Positions 47,556 to 63,105 of a DNA stretch of 64,000 nucleotides are shown here, in pieces. The stretch lies in contig CAVTET010000001.1 of NCBI GenBank assembly GCA_963733675.1, positions 96,001 through 160,000 on the forward strand. Direction: 5' to 3'. This DNA is from an uncultured Methanosarcinaceae archaeon. GTDB taxonomy: Archaea; Halobacteriota; Methanosarcinia; Methanosarcinales; Methanosarcinaceae. Below the pieces are notes generated by a model. That model was not told the origin of the DNA and did no database searches. It saw only the letters and a program-made list of their open reading frames with translations. The position numbers were made by a program, and so were the translations under genes. The stretch's first letter is position 1. Every line of letters starts with the position of its first letter.

Positions 47556-47864
47556 ATGGGGAAACAAAAATTTGACAGAATGAAAAAGACAATTGCCATT
47601 CTACTGGCAGTACTATTTGTAACATCTTTGTCAGCAGTTGCAGCTGTTGCTGACCACGGCGGTCACGGCGGTCACGGCGGCTTTGGCGGCTTTGATGGCG
47701 GCTGGGGAGGACCTGGTTTTGGATGGGGAGGGCCGTTCGGATTTTACCCACCTGCGCCCTATGGCACAGCACCTGGGTCTTGCGCCTGTGGACCTTATGG
47801 ATGCTTCTGTGCTCCTGACTACACATACCTTGTGCAGGCTATCATAGCCGAGAATGGATGGTAA
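47556..47864 (+). CDS. Secreted Gly/aromatic/Cys-rich small protein (paralog of 3940)
   Basis: MGKQKFDRMKKTIAILLAVLFVTSLSAVAAVADHGGHGGHGGFGG...CACGPYGCFC; GGAG RBS before ATG 47556; GC-rich island in AT-rich DNA. Confidence 0.8.
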   Translation: MGKQKFDRMKKTIAILLAVLFVTSLSAVAAVADHGGHGGHGGFGGFDGGWGGPGFGWGGPFGFYPPAPYGTAPGSCACGPYGCFCAPDYTYLVQAIIAENGW

Positions 47865-48594
47865 AAAGTAAGTGGTTGTTTCGGCAATGATCTCGTTAGC
47901 TTATTGCTAGCTAGCCGAACCATGAACTGACCTGTCTAGATGGGTCTAAATTGGCTACGAAATAGGGCTTATGCATTTGAGATACAAAATTCAGTATAAA
48001 TATACGTTGTGATTTGAACTTATATTTTAGACAATCTGATTTTTAATGCTACTGATTTCTTATTTCAACCGCGTAAGTCCTATAAACTATAAAATCGATG
48101 ATAATGCATTACGCATAATCATGAATCGGATTATGGAAATAGAAATCACTTAATATTTTAAGTATCTATCATATATTTTTTCTGGCAGGACCTATTTACT
48201 TGAAGGGAATAATAGAGCACAAGCAAATTGTCATAAATATTATGATTTAGATCGTTGAATATTACGATTTTGATAGTTCATTTAGTTTTTTTGGTCTCAG
48301 CGATTTGTTTCTCAGTTTTAGCTGTGTGAGTACTGCTTTGTTACTAGTTGTTAATCATTTAAGCGATTTGTCAATATATTTCAGATTTATATTTTTAGGT
48401 TTATAGCTTTATTGGATTGAATTACTAGATTTTTAGAGCTCTTGATCCACTATTCTTCTCCAATTCACAAAATAATCTTAATGCCTTCAAATTTCCACTT
48501 TACAAATGAAGATTTGTATTAAAACTATTCTTTCATTTTTTTAATGCTTATTTTAGCTACTTGGTGTTTTTCCGTGAATGTTGACTTTCTTTAG

Positions 48595-49350
48595 GTCTAT
48601 TTCCCTAGGTTTGCTGCGAGGCTGGAAACTTCCTTTATAAAAATTATTGTTTCACTTCCTTTAAATATACTCCAGGATGCTAGCCATTTTCTCAATATGG
48701 CGGTAGCTTAAAAATGAATCAAATTTTCAATGAATAATTGTGAGCAAATATGCGAACAAATTATTCAAATGTGTACATTTGCAAAATTCCAATTATTAGC
48801 TAACCGACTTATATTTTAAGATACCTTTGCACTATAAATAAACAGATCACTTCCTGATCCCATTATGTCGATAAAGTAATAAACGTCATCTAGTTTTCTT
48901 GTATGAAACATCGTGCCAATTTTTTTGTTATAGTAATCTCATCAACTATTTGAAGCAAATATGCTTTGAAATTGGTAAATGATACTGTTTTGAGTCTAGC
49001 ACAATAGGTAATGATAGTGGTCATATATACCTATTCTTTTTGGGGAACAATAATATTTTCTTGAGATTGATGCTGATTATAAAAATATTACAACAGATTA
49101 AAAATATTACAACACATCACTCTTCAAAGAATACTTTAATTTAAAAACAGTTACTTTGTGGAAAACTGTGAAGTAGTGGAATTTACACTGGAACTGTGAA
49201 CGATGTCCAAACTTCATATTTTATAATAAACTGTGTGAATATCGGGGAACCCAGAAAAAAGAATCATATATCCAAATGAAAATATTTGATTCTAAAAAAT
49301 TCCTCTGCATCCAGAGTAGTTACATACCACGTTGCTTGCTGTGGGTGCGA
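48595..49350 (+). mobile_element. IS200-type element remnant (degraded tnpA between terminal hairpins)
   Basis: KQICFEIGK*YCFESSTIGNDSGHIYLF, IIKNIT, KESYIQMKIFD; hairpins at about 48600 and 49322 (ATACCACGTTGCTTGCTGTGGGT). Confidence 0.6.
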
Positions 49351-50751
49351 CACCATAACTTTGATTGCATTTTTCTTATCTTATGGTCATTCATTTTTTG
49401 ATCCGTTTGATGTTTTAATAGCATTTCAAAGAATTTCGATAAACCTATGATCTTCACTAGTCATTTATATATTAGTTATATACAGATGACAAAATATTGG
49501 GATTTATCAAAATTCTCTTCAATGCCGTTAGATCCTTTAATGTCCACTTTGAATCCATAATTTCTGCTTATCTTCCAGATATATTTTTATATTTCATGCT
49601 TCTTCCATCTTCATATACTAATCCACCATGCTATCTGAATAAATTGAAAAAAACATAATGGAGAATCATTCGAATTATCAAACACTCTATTTTCTTAAAA
49701 ACGAGCATTAAAGTTATCAATATAGCAGGCACAAATGATCTAAAAGTACTTTTCAATTTACTTTTTTCTGATTATTGATCTCATCATTAGTTTGAGCAGT
49801 AAGGTTTCCATTGATTTGGTTTTTAAAAACCGTTCCAAAACTAATCAATGAATTGCCATCGAAGGCTCAAATGTAACTTTGATCGCGGAAGCCAAATTGC
49901 CTTTGAGTAATTTCACTGACCAAACAAATTTGGTGGTATAAATTGTCAGAAATATTGAATAACTTTTGTAGTTTTGACGTTCATAAGCGTTTTTTATTGT
50001 TGTATCTTGAGTATAAATATGGTGAATGAAACAACAGAGTTTCCATAGATATGATGACAAAATTTTAAATTTTAAAAGTGTGTTTATATAAAAAAGTGGC
50101 GTTGTTGCATTTGAATCAACAAATGACATTTTGTTTCTGTTTATGATTTGTTGATGCATCATCTTTTTGTTGTCATTGAAAGTGCGCGATATGTGAAGGT
50201 ATTTATACATAGATAAACGCAAATAAATATAGATTACAAAATTATTGCAAAAATTGCATTGAATCAAAGTTTTGGTGTTGAATCCTGCTGCAAGCAATGA
50301 GGTATGTTATCGCCACCACTTTGGTGTGAAAAATACGAATAACTACTCCTAAATAATAATATAATTTTGATCATATATATTTTCTATATTTTTTCTGTGA
50401 TCTTCAACATTTTTTGTAATGACATCGAAGTTGTACCACTATCAACAGTTCCGATATAACCTTCATCATCCACATTTCACCATTTCATAATTGTTTTCAA
50501 TCGCAGGTTGCTATGTGAAAATTTTTCTTGTGTTGACATTTACTAGAGATAATTTATCTCCCCTTCTATTTTCACGAGTTTTTTATATATCATTTTATCA
50601 GAAGATGACTAAATTTAGGTTATTATTGAAGTTCTCTTTGGATTAACATTTACAATGTGTTCACAATATCTTGTCCGGGTTGTAATTGTTTAATTTATTC
50701 ATTTTTTTCTCACTTTTCATTGATTCGTTTCTTCTTTCTGTTATAGTCTTC

Positions 50752-50770
50752 CACAAAGGATTTATATATT
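50752..50770 (+). promoter_or_regulatory. Candidate BRE/TATA promoter of the rpl3 operon
   Basis: CAAAGGA-TTTATATA: purine-rich BRE-like stretch plus consensus TATA box, about 690 nt upstream of rpl3. Confidence 0.5.
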
Positions 50771-51164
50771 AGATATGCCATCTACAGGCAACGTGCATCA
50801 AAGATTTAGATTTTAAGCATTTTTGTGCTTGAAGTTATTAAGCAAAATCAATGTGTTACTCAATGCTAAGTTCCTGGAAGCTTATGGGAAATTGGATTTT
50901 TGCCGTTGATTATGTGAAATTTTCTGTATTTGAAGATAAATCCAGTGAGAAAAGTTGGATCAACATGAGTGTCAAAGGGCCAATGCTTTGAAACGCCCGC
51001 TTTTGGCGCTATATGCGCCTAAAATCGCACGAAACTGTTTAGGTTTTCGATGAGTCGCGGTTGCAGTTGCTGAATACTGAAGTTTCAAGTAATATTACTG
51101 GTTACTGAGTATGAGATCAGGTTACTGAATGCTGAAGTTTCGAATAAATTGCTATATGTTTCAA

Positions 51165-51432
51165 ATCAGGGCTGGATACCTGGATTAGGGTCTGCCAGGG
51201 ATCGTAAATTCGGTCCTTTAAGCGTATGCTTCCTCAGAGACTGGGAGAAAGGGCCGTATGCAGATGCCTGAAGGAATTAGGGTACCGGAAGTGTAAAGCT
51301 CTGGTCTGCTCGAGGCTTTTTTGGCCAGGCAGGTCTGAAAGACATCCCTCCTAATCTGGTAGCGTTTGGGGAATCCAGTGCGTTTTTCTTTTGTCACTTT
51401 AGTTGAAGCGACCGGAGGGACTGGTATCTAAA
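51165..51432 (+). ncRNA. Candidate structured leader RNA upstream of rpl3
   Basis: GC-rich, no credible ORF; long-range complements GATACC/GGTATC and TGGATTAGG/CCTAATCTG. Confidence 0.45.
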
Positions 51433-51454
51433 TTAAAATTTACGGAGTAGAAAT

Positions 51455-52468
51455 ATGGCAAGCATACACCGACCAAAACGAGGTTCACTCGCATTCAGTC
51501 CGCGAAAAAGGGCAAAAGGCCACATTCCACGGTTCAGGGCCTGGCCGGAGGCTATCGGTGAACCAAGGTTACAGAGTTTTGCAGGGTATAAGGTTGGAAT
51601 GACCCACGTAATCATGGTTGATGATACAAAGAACAGCCTTACACAGGGTATGGAAATCTCTGCAGCGGCGACTGTAATCGAAACTCCTGCAATCAGGGTT
51701 GCAGCCATCCGGGTTTATACAGAAGACAGTATTGGAGAGAGGGCAATCGCTGAAGTGTGGGCCGCAGATCTAGATCCTGAACTTAAGCGTAGGATCAATA
51801 TCCCAGCAGCTGAAAATTTGATTGAAACCCTTGAAACCATTGGGAAAATGATTGAAGAAGGTCATGTGAGCGATATCAGAGCAGTTACCTATACTCTGCC
51901 AAAGAGCCTGACAGGCATTCCCAAGAAAACGCCCGATATCATGGAATCCGGAATCAGTGCAAGGGATCTCAATACTAAATTCGAATACTCAAAGTCAATT
52001 CTTGGCACCCTCATAAGAATTACCGATGTTTTCAAAACTGGAATATTTGTTGATACAGCCGCGATCACCATCGGAAAGGGCACCCAGGGCCCTGTCAAGC
52101 GTTGGGGTATCCAATTGATGAAGGGCAAGCACTCAAGACAGGGTAGCCTGAGGCAGATAGGTACGCTTGGTCCATGGCATCCAGCTCACGTTTCCTGGAG
52201 AGTCCCACAGATGGGTCAGACGGGATATCATCAGAGGACCGAGTTCAACAAGCGCATACTTAAAATCGGATCAAATGGCGCAGAAGTTACTCCTGATGGT
52301 GGTTTCCTCAACTACGGCCTGATCCGAGGAGATTATGTGCTGATCAAGGGTAGTGTTCCCGGACCTTCCAAGAGACTTATCAGACTCCGAGATCCGATTA
52401 GGGCAAAGAAAGTCGACCTTGGAGAACCAAATATCGTTCACATAAGCAGGGAATCCAAACAGGGGTGA
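51455..52468 (+). CDS. rpl3: 50S ribosomal protein uL3
   Basis: [32 protein letters not shown]. Confidence 0.97.
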   Translation: MASIHRPKRGSLAFSPRKRAKGHIPRFRAWPEAIGEPRLQSFAGYKVGMTHVIMVDDTKNSLTQGMEISAAATVIETPAIRVAAIRVYTEDSIGERAIAEVWAADLDPELKRRINIPAAENLIETLETIGKMIEEGHVSDIRAVTYTLPKSLTGIPKKTPDIMESGISARDLNTKFEYSKSILGTLIRITDVFKTGIFVDTAAITIGKGTQGPVKRWGIQLMKGKHSRQGSLRQIGTLGPWHPAHVSWRVPQMGQTGYHQRTEFNKRILKIGSNGAEVTPDGGFLNYGLIRGDYVLIKGSVPGPSKRLIRLRDPIRAKKVDLGEPNIVHISRESKQG

Positions 52469-52474
52469 AGTAAA

Positions 52475-53236
52475 ATGGCTAAGGCAAAAACTATAGATCT
52501 TACAGGAAGGGTTATCAGGGAAATTAAACTCCCATCCGTGTTTGATACTGACTATCGCCCTGACTTGATCAAAAAGGCAGTGCTTGCAGCACAAGCAAAT
52601 AGGCTCCAACCCTATGGTCCCCGTCTCTATGCAGGAATGGAAACTTCTGCAAGGTCCTGGGGTTCTGGAAGAGGCGTTGCTCAAATTCCAAGACTTATAA
52701 ACAGCAGTAAAGCTGCAAGAGTCCCGCAAGCAAAAGGCGGAAGAAGGGCCCACCCGCCAAAACCTCAAGCTGACAGGAGAGAGAAGGTCAACACCAAGGA
52801 ACGCCGCTATGCAATCCGCTCTGCAATCGCAGCAACTCGGGATCCTACTCTTGTAAACCTGAGAGGCCATGTATTTGAAGCTGAGCTCCCTATTGTTGCT
52901 GAAAAAACGCTTGAAGATCTGGTTAAAACAAAGCAGGTAATAGACTTCCTGCGAGTTGTTGGAGTCTACGAAGACGTAATAAGGGCAAAATATGGAAGAC
53001 ATATCAGAGCTGGTCGCGGGAAGCTCAGAGGCCGGAAATACAAACATAAAAAGAGCATCCTGATTGTTGCAGGGGAATCTTCCCCTATACTGAAGGCTGC
53101 GAGAAACTTATCTGGGGTAGACGTCACAACAGTAAATTCACTGAATGCCGAACTTCTTGCACCTGGCACTCATGCGGGACGCCTTACTATCTGGACAGAA
53201 TCTGCAATTGAGAAACTGGAGGCCGTATTCGAATGA
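52475..53236 (+). CDS. rpl4: 50S ribosomal protein uL4
   Basis: [27 protein letters not shown]. Confidence 0.97.
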   Translation: MAKAKTIDLTGRVIREIKLPSVFDTDYRPDLIKKAVLAAQANRLQPYGPRLYAGMETSARSWGSGRGVAQIPRLINSSKAARVPQAKGGRRAHPPKPQADRREKVNTKERRYAIRSAIAATRDPTLVNLRGHVFEAELPIVAEKTLEDLVKTKQVIDFLRVVGVYEDVIRAKYGRHIRAGRGKLRGRKYKHKKSILIVAGESSPILKAARNLSGVDVTTVNSLNAELLAPGTHAGRLTIWTESAIEKLEAVFE

Positions 53237-53481
53237 GTTCCATTGACTATCCTTTTGTTACTGAAAAAGCGATGATGTTGCTTGATGAAAACAAGCTCCA
53301 GTTTGTTGTTAACACCAGGTCAAACAAAAAGCAGATCGTAGAGGATGTTGAAAAGCTGTATGGATTCAAGGTAAAGTCCATACGTACAATGACCACCATG
53401 AAGGGGACGAAAAAAGCAATCTTGGCATTCGAAGAGCCTGAGTCAGCACACGAGATTGCAACCCGGATAGGACTCTTGTGA
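53233..53481 (+). CDS. rpl23: 50S ribosomal protein uL23
   Basis: PFVTEKA, KKA, operon position. Confidence 0.95.
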   Translation: MSSIDYPFVTEKAMMLLDENKLQFVVNTRSNKKQIVEDVEKLYGFKVKSIRTMTTMKGTKKAILAFEEPESAHEIATRIGLL

Positions 53482-53488
53482 GGTGTGA

Positions 53489-54208
<720 letters not shown>

Positions 54209-54211
54209 TGA

Positions 54212-54634
<423 letters not shown>

Positions 54635-54639
54635 GGTGA

Positions 54640-55100
<461 letters not shown>

Positions 55101-55101
<1 letters not shown>

Positions 55102-56039
55102 TGGCAATAGAAAAAAAGTTCGTTAATGATGGGTATGTCAAGGCTTCCATGGGCGAGTATTTTGCAGAGCAGCTGAACAGGGCTGGATACGGTGGTATGG
55201 AGCTTAACAGGACCCCAATGGGCACCCAGATTATTATTTATTCCGAAAAGCCGGGGATGGTAATCGGAAAGGCCGGAAAGGTTATTCGAAAGCTTACTCG
55301 GGACGTTGCAATCAAATACAACCTTGAAAATCCGCAGATTGATGCCCAAGAAGTCAAGAGACCTGAACTTAATGCCCAGATGATGGCTTCAAGACTCGCA
55401 GCTTCAATTGAGAGAGGTTGGTACTTCAGGAAAGCTGGGCACAACACTCTCCGTGCAGTTATGAATGCAGGTGCTCTTGGATGTGAAGTTGTAATCTCAG
55501 GAAAGCTTACAGGTGCTAGGTCCAGAGTTGAAAAATTCATTAATGGATACATAAAGCACTCCGGAAACCCTGTTGAAGAGGTAGTAGACGAAGGGTTTGC
55601 AGTAGCAATCAAAAAGCTCGGGACTCTTGGCTGCAAAGTCCGGATCATTCAGCCAGGTGTTGTCCTGCCTGATTCATACAGGATCAAGGAGTTAAATGAA
55701 ATTGTCACTGAGCAGCCAGCCAAAATACCCGTCGAAAAACCGGCTGAGAAATCCGCTGAGGCTCCTAAAAAAGAACGCGCAGCAAAACCCAAAGCTCCTG
55801 CAGCAGCATCCGAAAAAGCAGTCGAAAAAGTAGTAGAGGAAATTGAAGTTGCAGAGCTTGAAGAAGCTGAAGAAGAACCCCAGGTTGAGGCGTCCGAAGA
55901 CTCTGAAGAAGCTGAACTTATTTATGTAGAGGGCTCGGAAGAAGTCCGCAGACAAGTCAATGGTGTCTGGCAGCATAAGCATGAGAGCTATGATTATTGG
56001 CATCCTATGGCACGGGTTCACAAGGAGGCTAAGGAATAA
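55101..56039 (+). CDS. rps3: 30S ribosomal protein uS3 with a long C-terminal extension
   Basis: [12 protein letters not shown] motif, [10 protein letters not shown]. Confidence 0.96.
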
Positions 56040-56243
56040 ATGGCAATTCTTAAAATCAACGAAATCCGGGCCATGACAATTGACGAAAGGGCTGACGAAT
56101 TTGAGACCCTTAAAAACGAGCTCGTCAGGGAACGTGCCCTTACTTCTGCAGGAGGGTCTCCAGATAATCCAGGCCGAATCGGAGAGATTAGAAGAACGAT
56201 TGCTCGGATAAAGACAATTCAGCATGAGCTACATGAAATCTAA
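56040..56243 (+). CDS. rpl29: 50S ribosomal protein uL29
   Basis: [17 protein letters not shown]. Confidence 0.95.
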   Translation: MAILKINEIRAMTIDERADEFETLKNELVRERALTSAGGSPDNPGRIGEIRRTIARIKTIQHELHEI

Positions 56244-56565
56244 AGTGGAAATTATACCTTCGACCCTCATCTACCACGAATTGATAGGGCTTGAGATTAA
56301 GTTGATTCATTCCACTAATCCAGTACTAACAGGAATCCATGGACGAGTAATAAATGAAACAAAGAATATGTTGATCATAGAAAACTCAAAGTCCAGGGAA
56401 CTGAAAATTCCAAAGGCGGATTCGGAATTTCTCTTTCGAATCCCTGCCGAGCTCTCAGAAAAAGGCCGTAGATTCGATGAATTCGTCAAAATTCAGGGAA
56501 ACCTGTTGCTATCACAACCCGAAAATCGGATCAAGAACATCAAAAAATTACGTAAATGGGGCTAA
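56233..56565 (+). CDS. rnp1: Ribonuclease P protein component 1 (Rpp29)
   Basis: [24 protein letters not shown]. Confidence 0.92.
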   Translation: MKSKVEIIPSTLIYHELIGLEIKLIHSTNPVLTGIHGRVINETKNMLIIENSKSRELKIPKADSEFLFRIPAELSEKGRRFDEFVKIQGNLLLSQPENRIKNIKKLRKWG

Positions 56566-56569
56566 ACTC

Positions 56570-57294
<725 letters not shown>

Positions 57295-57304
57295 GGTAGC
57301 GACT

Positions 57305-57664
57305 ATGGTGTCTAAACAGCCCAGAAAACAGAGAAAGGCAAGATACAGCGCGTCTCTCCACGTCAGGCAGAGATTAATGGGTGCGAGGTTAAGTGAAGAA
57401 CTTTCTAAGGAGTATGGTACAAGAAGCGCTGCAGTCATTAAAGGAGACACTGTAAAGGTCATGCGTGGAAACTTCAAGAACACTGAAGGAAAAGTCCAGG
57501 TTGTTTCCCTTAAGGACGGCACTATTTGTGTGGACAGGGTAATTTCCACCAAGGTGGATGGCACTGAAGTCCCAAGACCTATCTCCCCCTCCAACGTTAG
57601 GATCACAAAACTGGAAATGAAGGACGGGCGCAGAGCATCAAGCATTAAGAAGCGGGACAGGTGA
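57305..57664 (+). CDS. rpl24: 50S ribosomal protein uL24
   Basis: [22 protein letters not shown] motif, PSNV. Confidence 0.96.
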   Translation: MVSKQPRKQRKARYSASLHVRQRLMGARLSEELSKEYGTRSAAVIKGDTVKVMRGNFKNTEGKVQVVSLKDGTICVDRVISTKVDGTEVPRPISPSNVRITKLEMKDGRRASSIKKRDR

Positions 57665-57668
57665 TTTT

Positions 57669-58376
57669 GTGACACACCAGAAAAGATTGTCAGTTCCAAG
57701 AAGTTGGAAGATTGGGAGAAAAGGGTATAAGTGGGTTTCTACCACCCGTTCGGGGCCTCACAGCAAGGCACGTAGTCTTCCGCTCGGAATCATAATTCGT
57801 AATGTTCTCAATCTTGTGGATAATAGCAGAGAAGGTAAAAGGATCCTCTCGGAAGGTAAGGTTCTTGTGGATGGAGTTTCCAGGAAAGACCTTATGTTTC
57901 CGGTCGGGCTCTTTGATGTAATTACTCTCCCACTCATAAATGAATCATATAGGATGCTTCAGGATGATAAGGGACGTCTGACACTCCACAAACTGAATGA
58001 GACAAACGTTAACAAGCTATGCAGGATCGACAATAAGACCACACTTAAAGGAGGTAAGGTACAGCTTAATCTGAGTGACGGAACTAATATCCTTGGCTCT
58101 AACGAGTATGGGACTAAAGATTCCCTGATTCTTTCGGTTCCTGATAAAAAGGTGGTAAAACACCTCCAATTCAAAATTGGTAACCTTGCAATGGTGGTAG
58201 GTGGGCAGCACTCAGGTGTAATCGGAAAGATCAAGGAGATCAAGGAAGTTAAGAGTTCTAGACACAACACGGTTACTATTTCCGGTGAAATAGATTTCGA
58301 AACGATCGAAGAATATGTAATTGTGATCGGTGAGGACAAGCCTGAGATTAGGCTGGGTGGTGATATAAATGAGTAA
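57669..58376 (+). CDS. rps4e: 30S ribosomal protein eS4
   Basis: [23 protein letters not shown]. Confidence 0.96.
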   Translation: MTHQKRLSVPRSWKIGRKGYKWVSTTRSGPHSKARSLPLGIIIRNVLNLVDNSREGKRILSEGKVLVDGVSRKDLMFPVGLFDVITLPLINESYRMLQDDKGRLTLHKLNETNVNKLCRIDNKTTLKGGKVQLNLSDGTNILGSNEYGTKDSLILSVPDKKVVKHLQFKIGNLAMVVGGQHSGVIGKIKEIKEVKSSRHNTVTISGEIDFETIEEYVIVIGEDKPEIRLGGDINE

Positions 58377-58878
58377 CACTATGCGTACTCCAGTCATTGA
58401 CAAGGTTATTGTCCACATGGGTGTTGGAGAAAGCGGCCAACATCTCGTGAACGCCGAAGAAATCCTTCGGACTATCACAGGTCAGACAGTCGTAAGGTGC
58501 TTTGCCAAGAGAACTTTGCCAGCTTTTGCGATCAAGAAGAAAGAACCCATAGGTTGCAAGGTAACTTTGAGAGGTCAGAAAGCTCAGGAGTTTCTTGAAA
58601 TCGCATTAGGTATCGTTGAAAAATCTCTAGTCAAATCCCAGTTCGATTCCCTCGGAAATGTCTCTTTCGGAATTGAAGAGCACACAGACTTTCCAGGCAT
58701 GAGATATGACCCAAATATAGGGGTTTTCGGAATGGATGTAACAGTTGTGATCAAGCGCCCTGGAGAAAGAATCTGCAAGAGAAGAATCGCAACAAGGAAG
58801 ATTCCTACTAACCATAGAGTCACGGTTGAGGATGCAATTGTCTTTCTTAACGAGAGCTATGGCGTGGAGGTCATTTAA
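58369..58878 (+). CDS. rpl5: 50S ribosomal protein uL5
   Basis: [29 protein letters not shown]. Confidence 0.96.
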   Translation: MSNTMRTPVIDKVIVHMGVGESGQHLVNAEEILRTITGQTVVRCFAKRTLPAFAIKKKEPIGCKVTLRGQKAQEFLEIALGIVEKSLVKSQFDSLGNVSFGIEEHTDFPGMRYDPNIGVFGMDVTVVIKRPGERICKRRIATRKIPTNHRVTVEDAIVFLNESYGVEVI

Positions 58879-59434
<556 letters not shown>

Positions 59435-59448
59435 GGAGAGAATGAAGA

Positions 59449-59979
59449 ATGGTTAAGGAGATTGCAAGAACAATTATAATTCCTGAAGGAGTTTCCACCT
59501 CTCTCTCACAGGATGTTTTTACGGCAAGAGGGCCGAAGGGAACTGTTGAAAGAAAGTTTTGGTTTCCTGGAATTAAAATCGAAGTCAGGGGAAGAGAAGT
59601 ACTGATTGATGCCGAATCCGTAAGAATCGAACAGAAAGCGATGGTTGGAACTTTTGCCTCCCATATCAAAAATTTAGTCAAAGGTGTAAGTGAGGGATTT
59701 GAGTGCAAGATGACAATTGTGTATGCTCACTTCCCAATGCAGGTAAAAGTTGAAGGTAAAACTCTCGTAATTGGAAACTTCCTTGGTGAAAAAAAACCAA
59801 GAGTTGCAAGAATTCTTGGCGATACTTATGTTAAGGTAAGTGGAAATGAGGTAGTTATTTCCGGAATTAACAAGGAAGACGTAGGACAGACTGCTGCAAA
59901 CATTGAACAGAAAACAAAGATCAGAAGGTTTGATCCGAGGGTTTTCCAGGATGGAATCTACATTGTTCAAAAGGCCTGA
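59449..59979 (+). CDS. rpl6: 50S ribosomal protein uL6
   Basis: [25 protein letters not shown]. Confidence 0.96.
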   Translation: MVKEIARTIIIPEGVSTSLSQDVFTARGPKGTVERKFWFPGIKIEVRGREVLIDAESVRIEQKAMVGTFASHIKNLVKGVSEGFECKMTIVYAHFPMQVKVEGKTLVIGNFLGEKKPRVARILGDTYVKVSGNEVVISGINKEDVGQTAANIEQKTKIRRFDPRVFQDGIYIVQKA

Positions 59980-59985
59980 GGTGGC

Positions 59986-60429
59986 ATGATGGCAAAAGAA
60001 TTTAGTGAGGTAAAAGGTACTTCAGTTTCTACCCTTGACATGGATCCTGAATCAAAGCGATTATTTAATGTGAGAAAGATCCAAAAAGGAACGAAGCCCC
60101 AATTCAAGAGAACGTGTAGTCATAAGTTCAAGAGACTTGATACTAACTGGAGGCGTCCGAGGGGTTCTCAGGGCAAACAGCGCAGAAAATATGTGTCAAA
60201 AGGAGCTCTTGCCCAGGTAGGATATGGAAGTCCTGTTGCAGTAAAAGGTCTGCATCCATCAGGTTATTCTGATGTGCTTATTTCCAACACTTCGGAACTT
60301 GAGCTTGTTGATCCATCTTATGAGGCTATCAGAGTAGCAGCTGCAGTAGGCGCAAAAAAGAAAACAGTTATTCTCGCAAAAGCGGAAGAATTAGGAATTA
60401 GAGTGCTGAACCCTGGAAAAGGTGACTAA
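59986..60429 (+). CDS. rpl32e: 50S ribosomal protein eL32
   Basis: KPQFKR, WRRPRG, VGYGS, LHPSG. Confidence 0.95.
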   Translation: MMAKEFSEVKGTSVSTLDMDPESKRLFNVRKIQKGTKPQFKRTCSHKFKRLDTNWRRPRGSQGKQRRKYVSKGALAQVGYGSPVAVKGLHPSGYSDVLISNTSELELVDPSYEAIRVAAAVGAKKKTVILAKAEELGIRVLNPGKGD

Positions 60430-60431
60430 AA

Positions 60432-62962
<2,531 letters not shown>

Positions 62963-63105
62963 GTAGTGTCATTCTGGCATTACTTACTTTCGTTCTTTGA
63001 TAATTTTTTTATATTACATATGCTCTATATAAGTATCTTATTGCTGAATATAGTTCAATACTTCAAGCAGTATAATCTTAATGTATGGTTTGAATGGTGT
63101 AATCG

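Noticed and set aside
49845-50297. 150-aa minus-strand ORF (also 9304-9567, 20326-20544, 42985-43233)
   Set aside because: AT-rich, no motifs, and mostly overlapping repeats or IS remnants. Likely spurious.
51165-51432. RNase P or SRP RNA
   Set aside because: Lacks the GAGGAAAGTCC (RNase P) and GGAAGGGAGCA-type (SRP) hallmark motifs.
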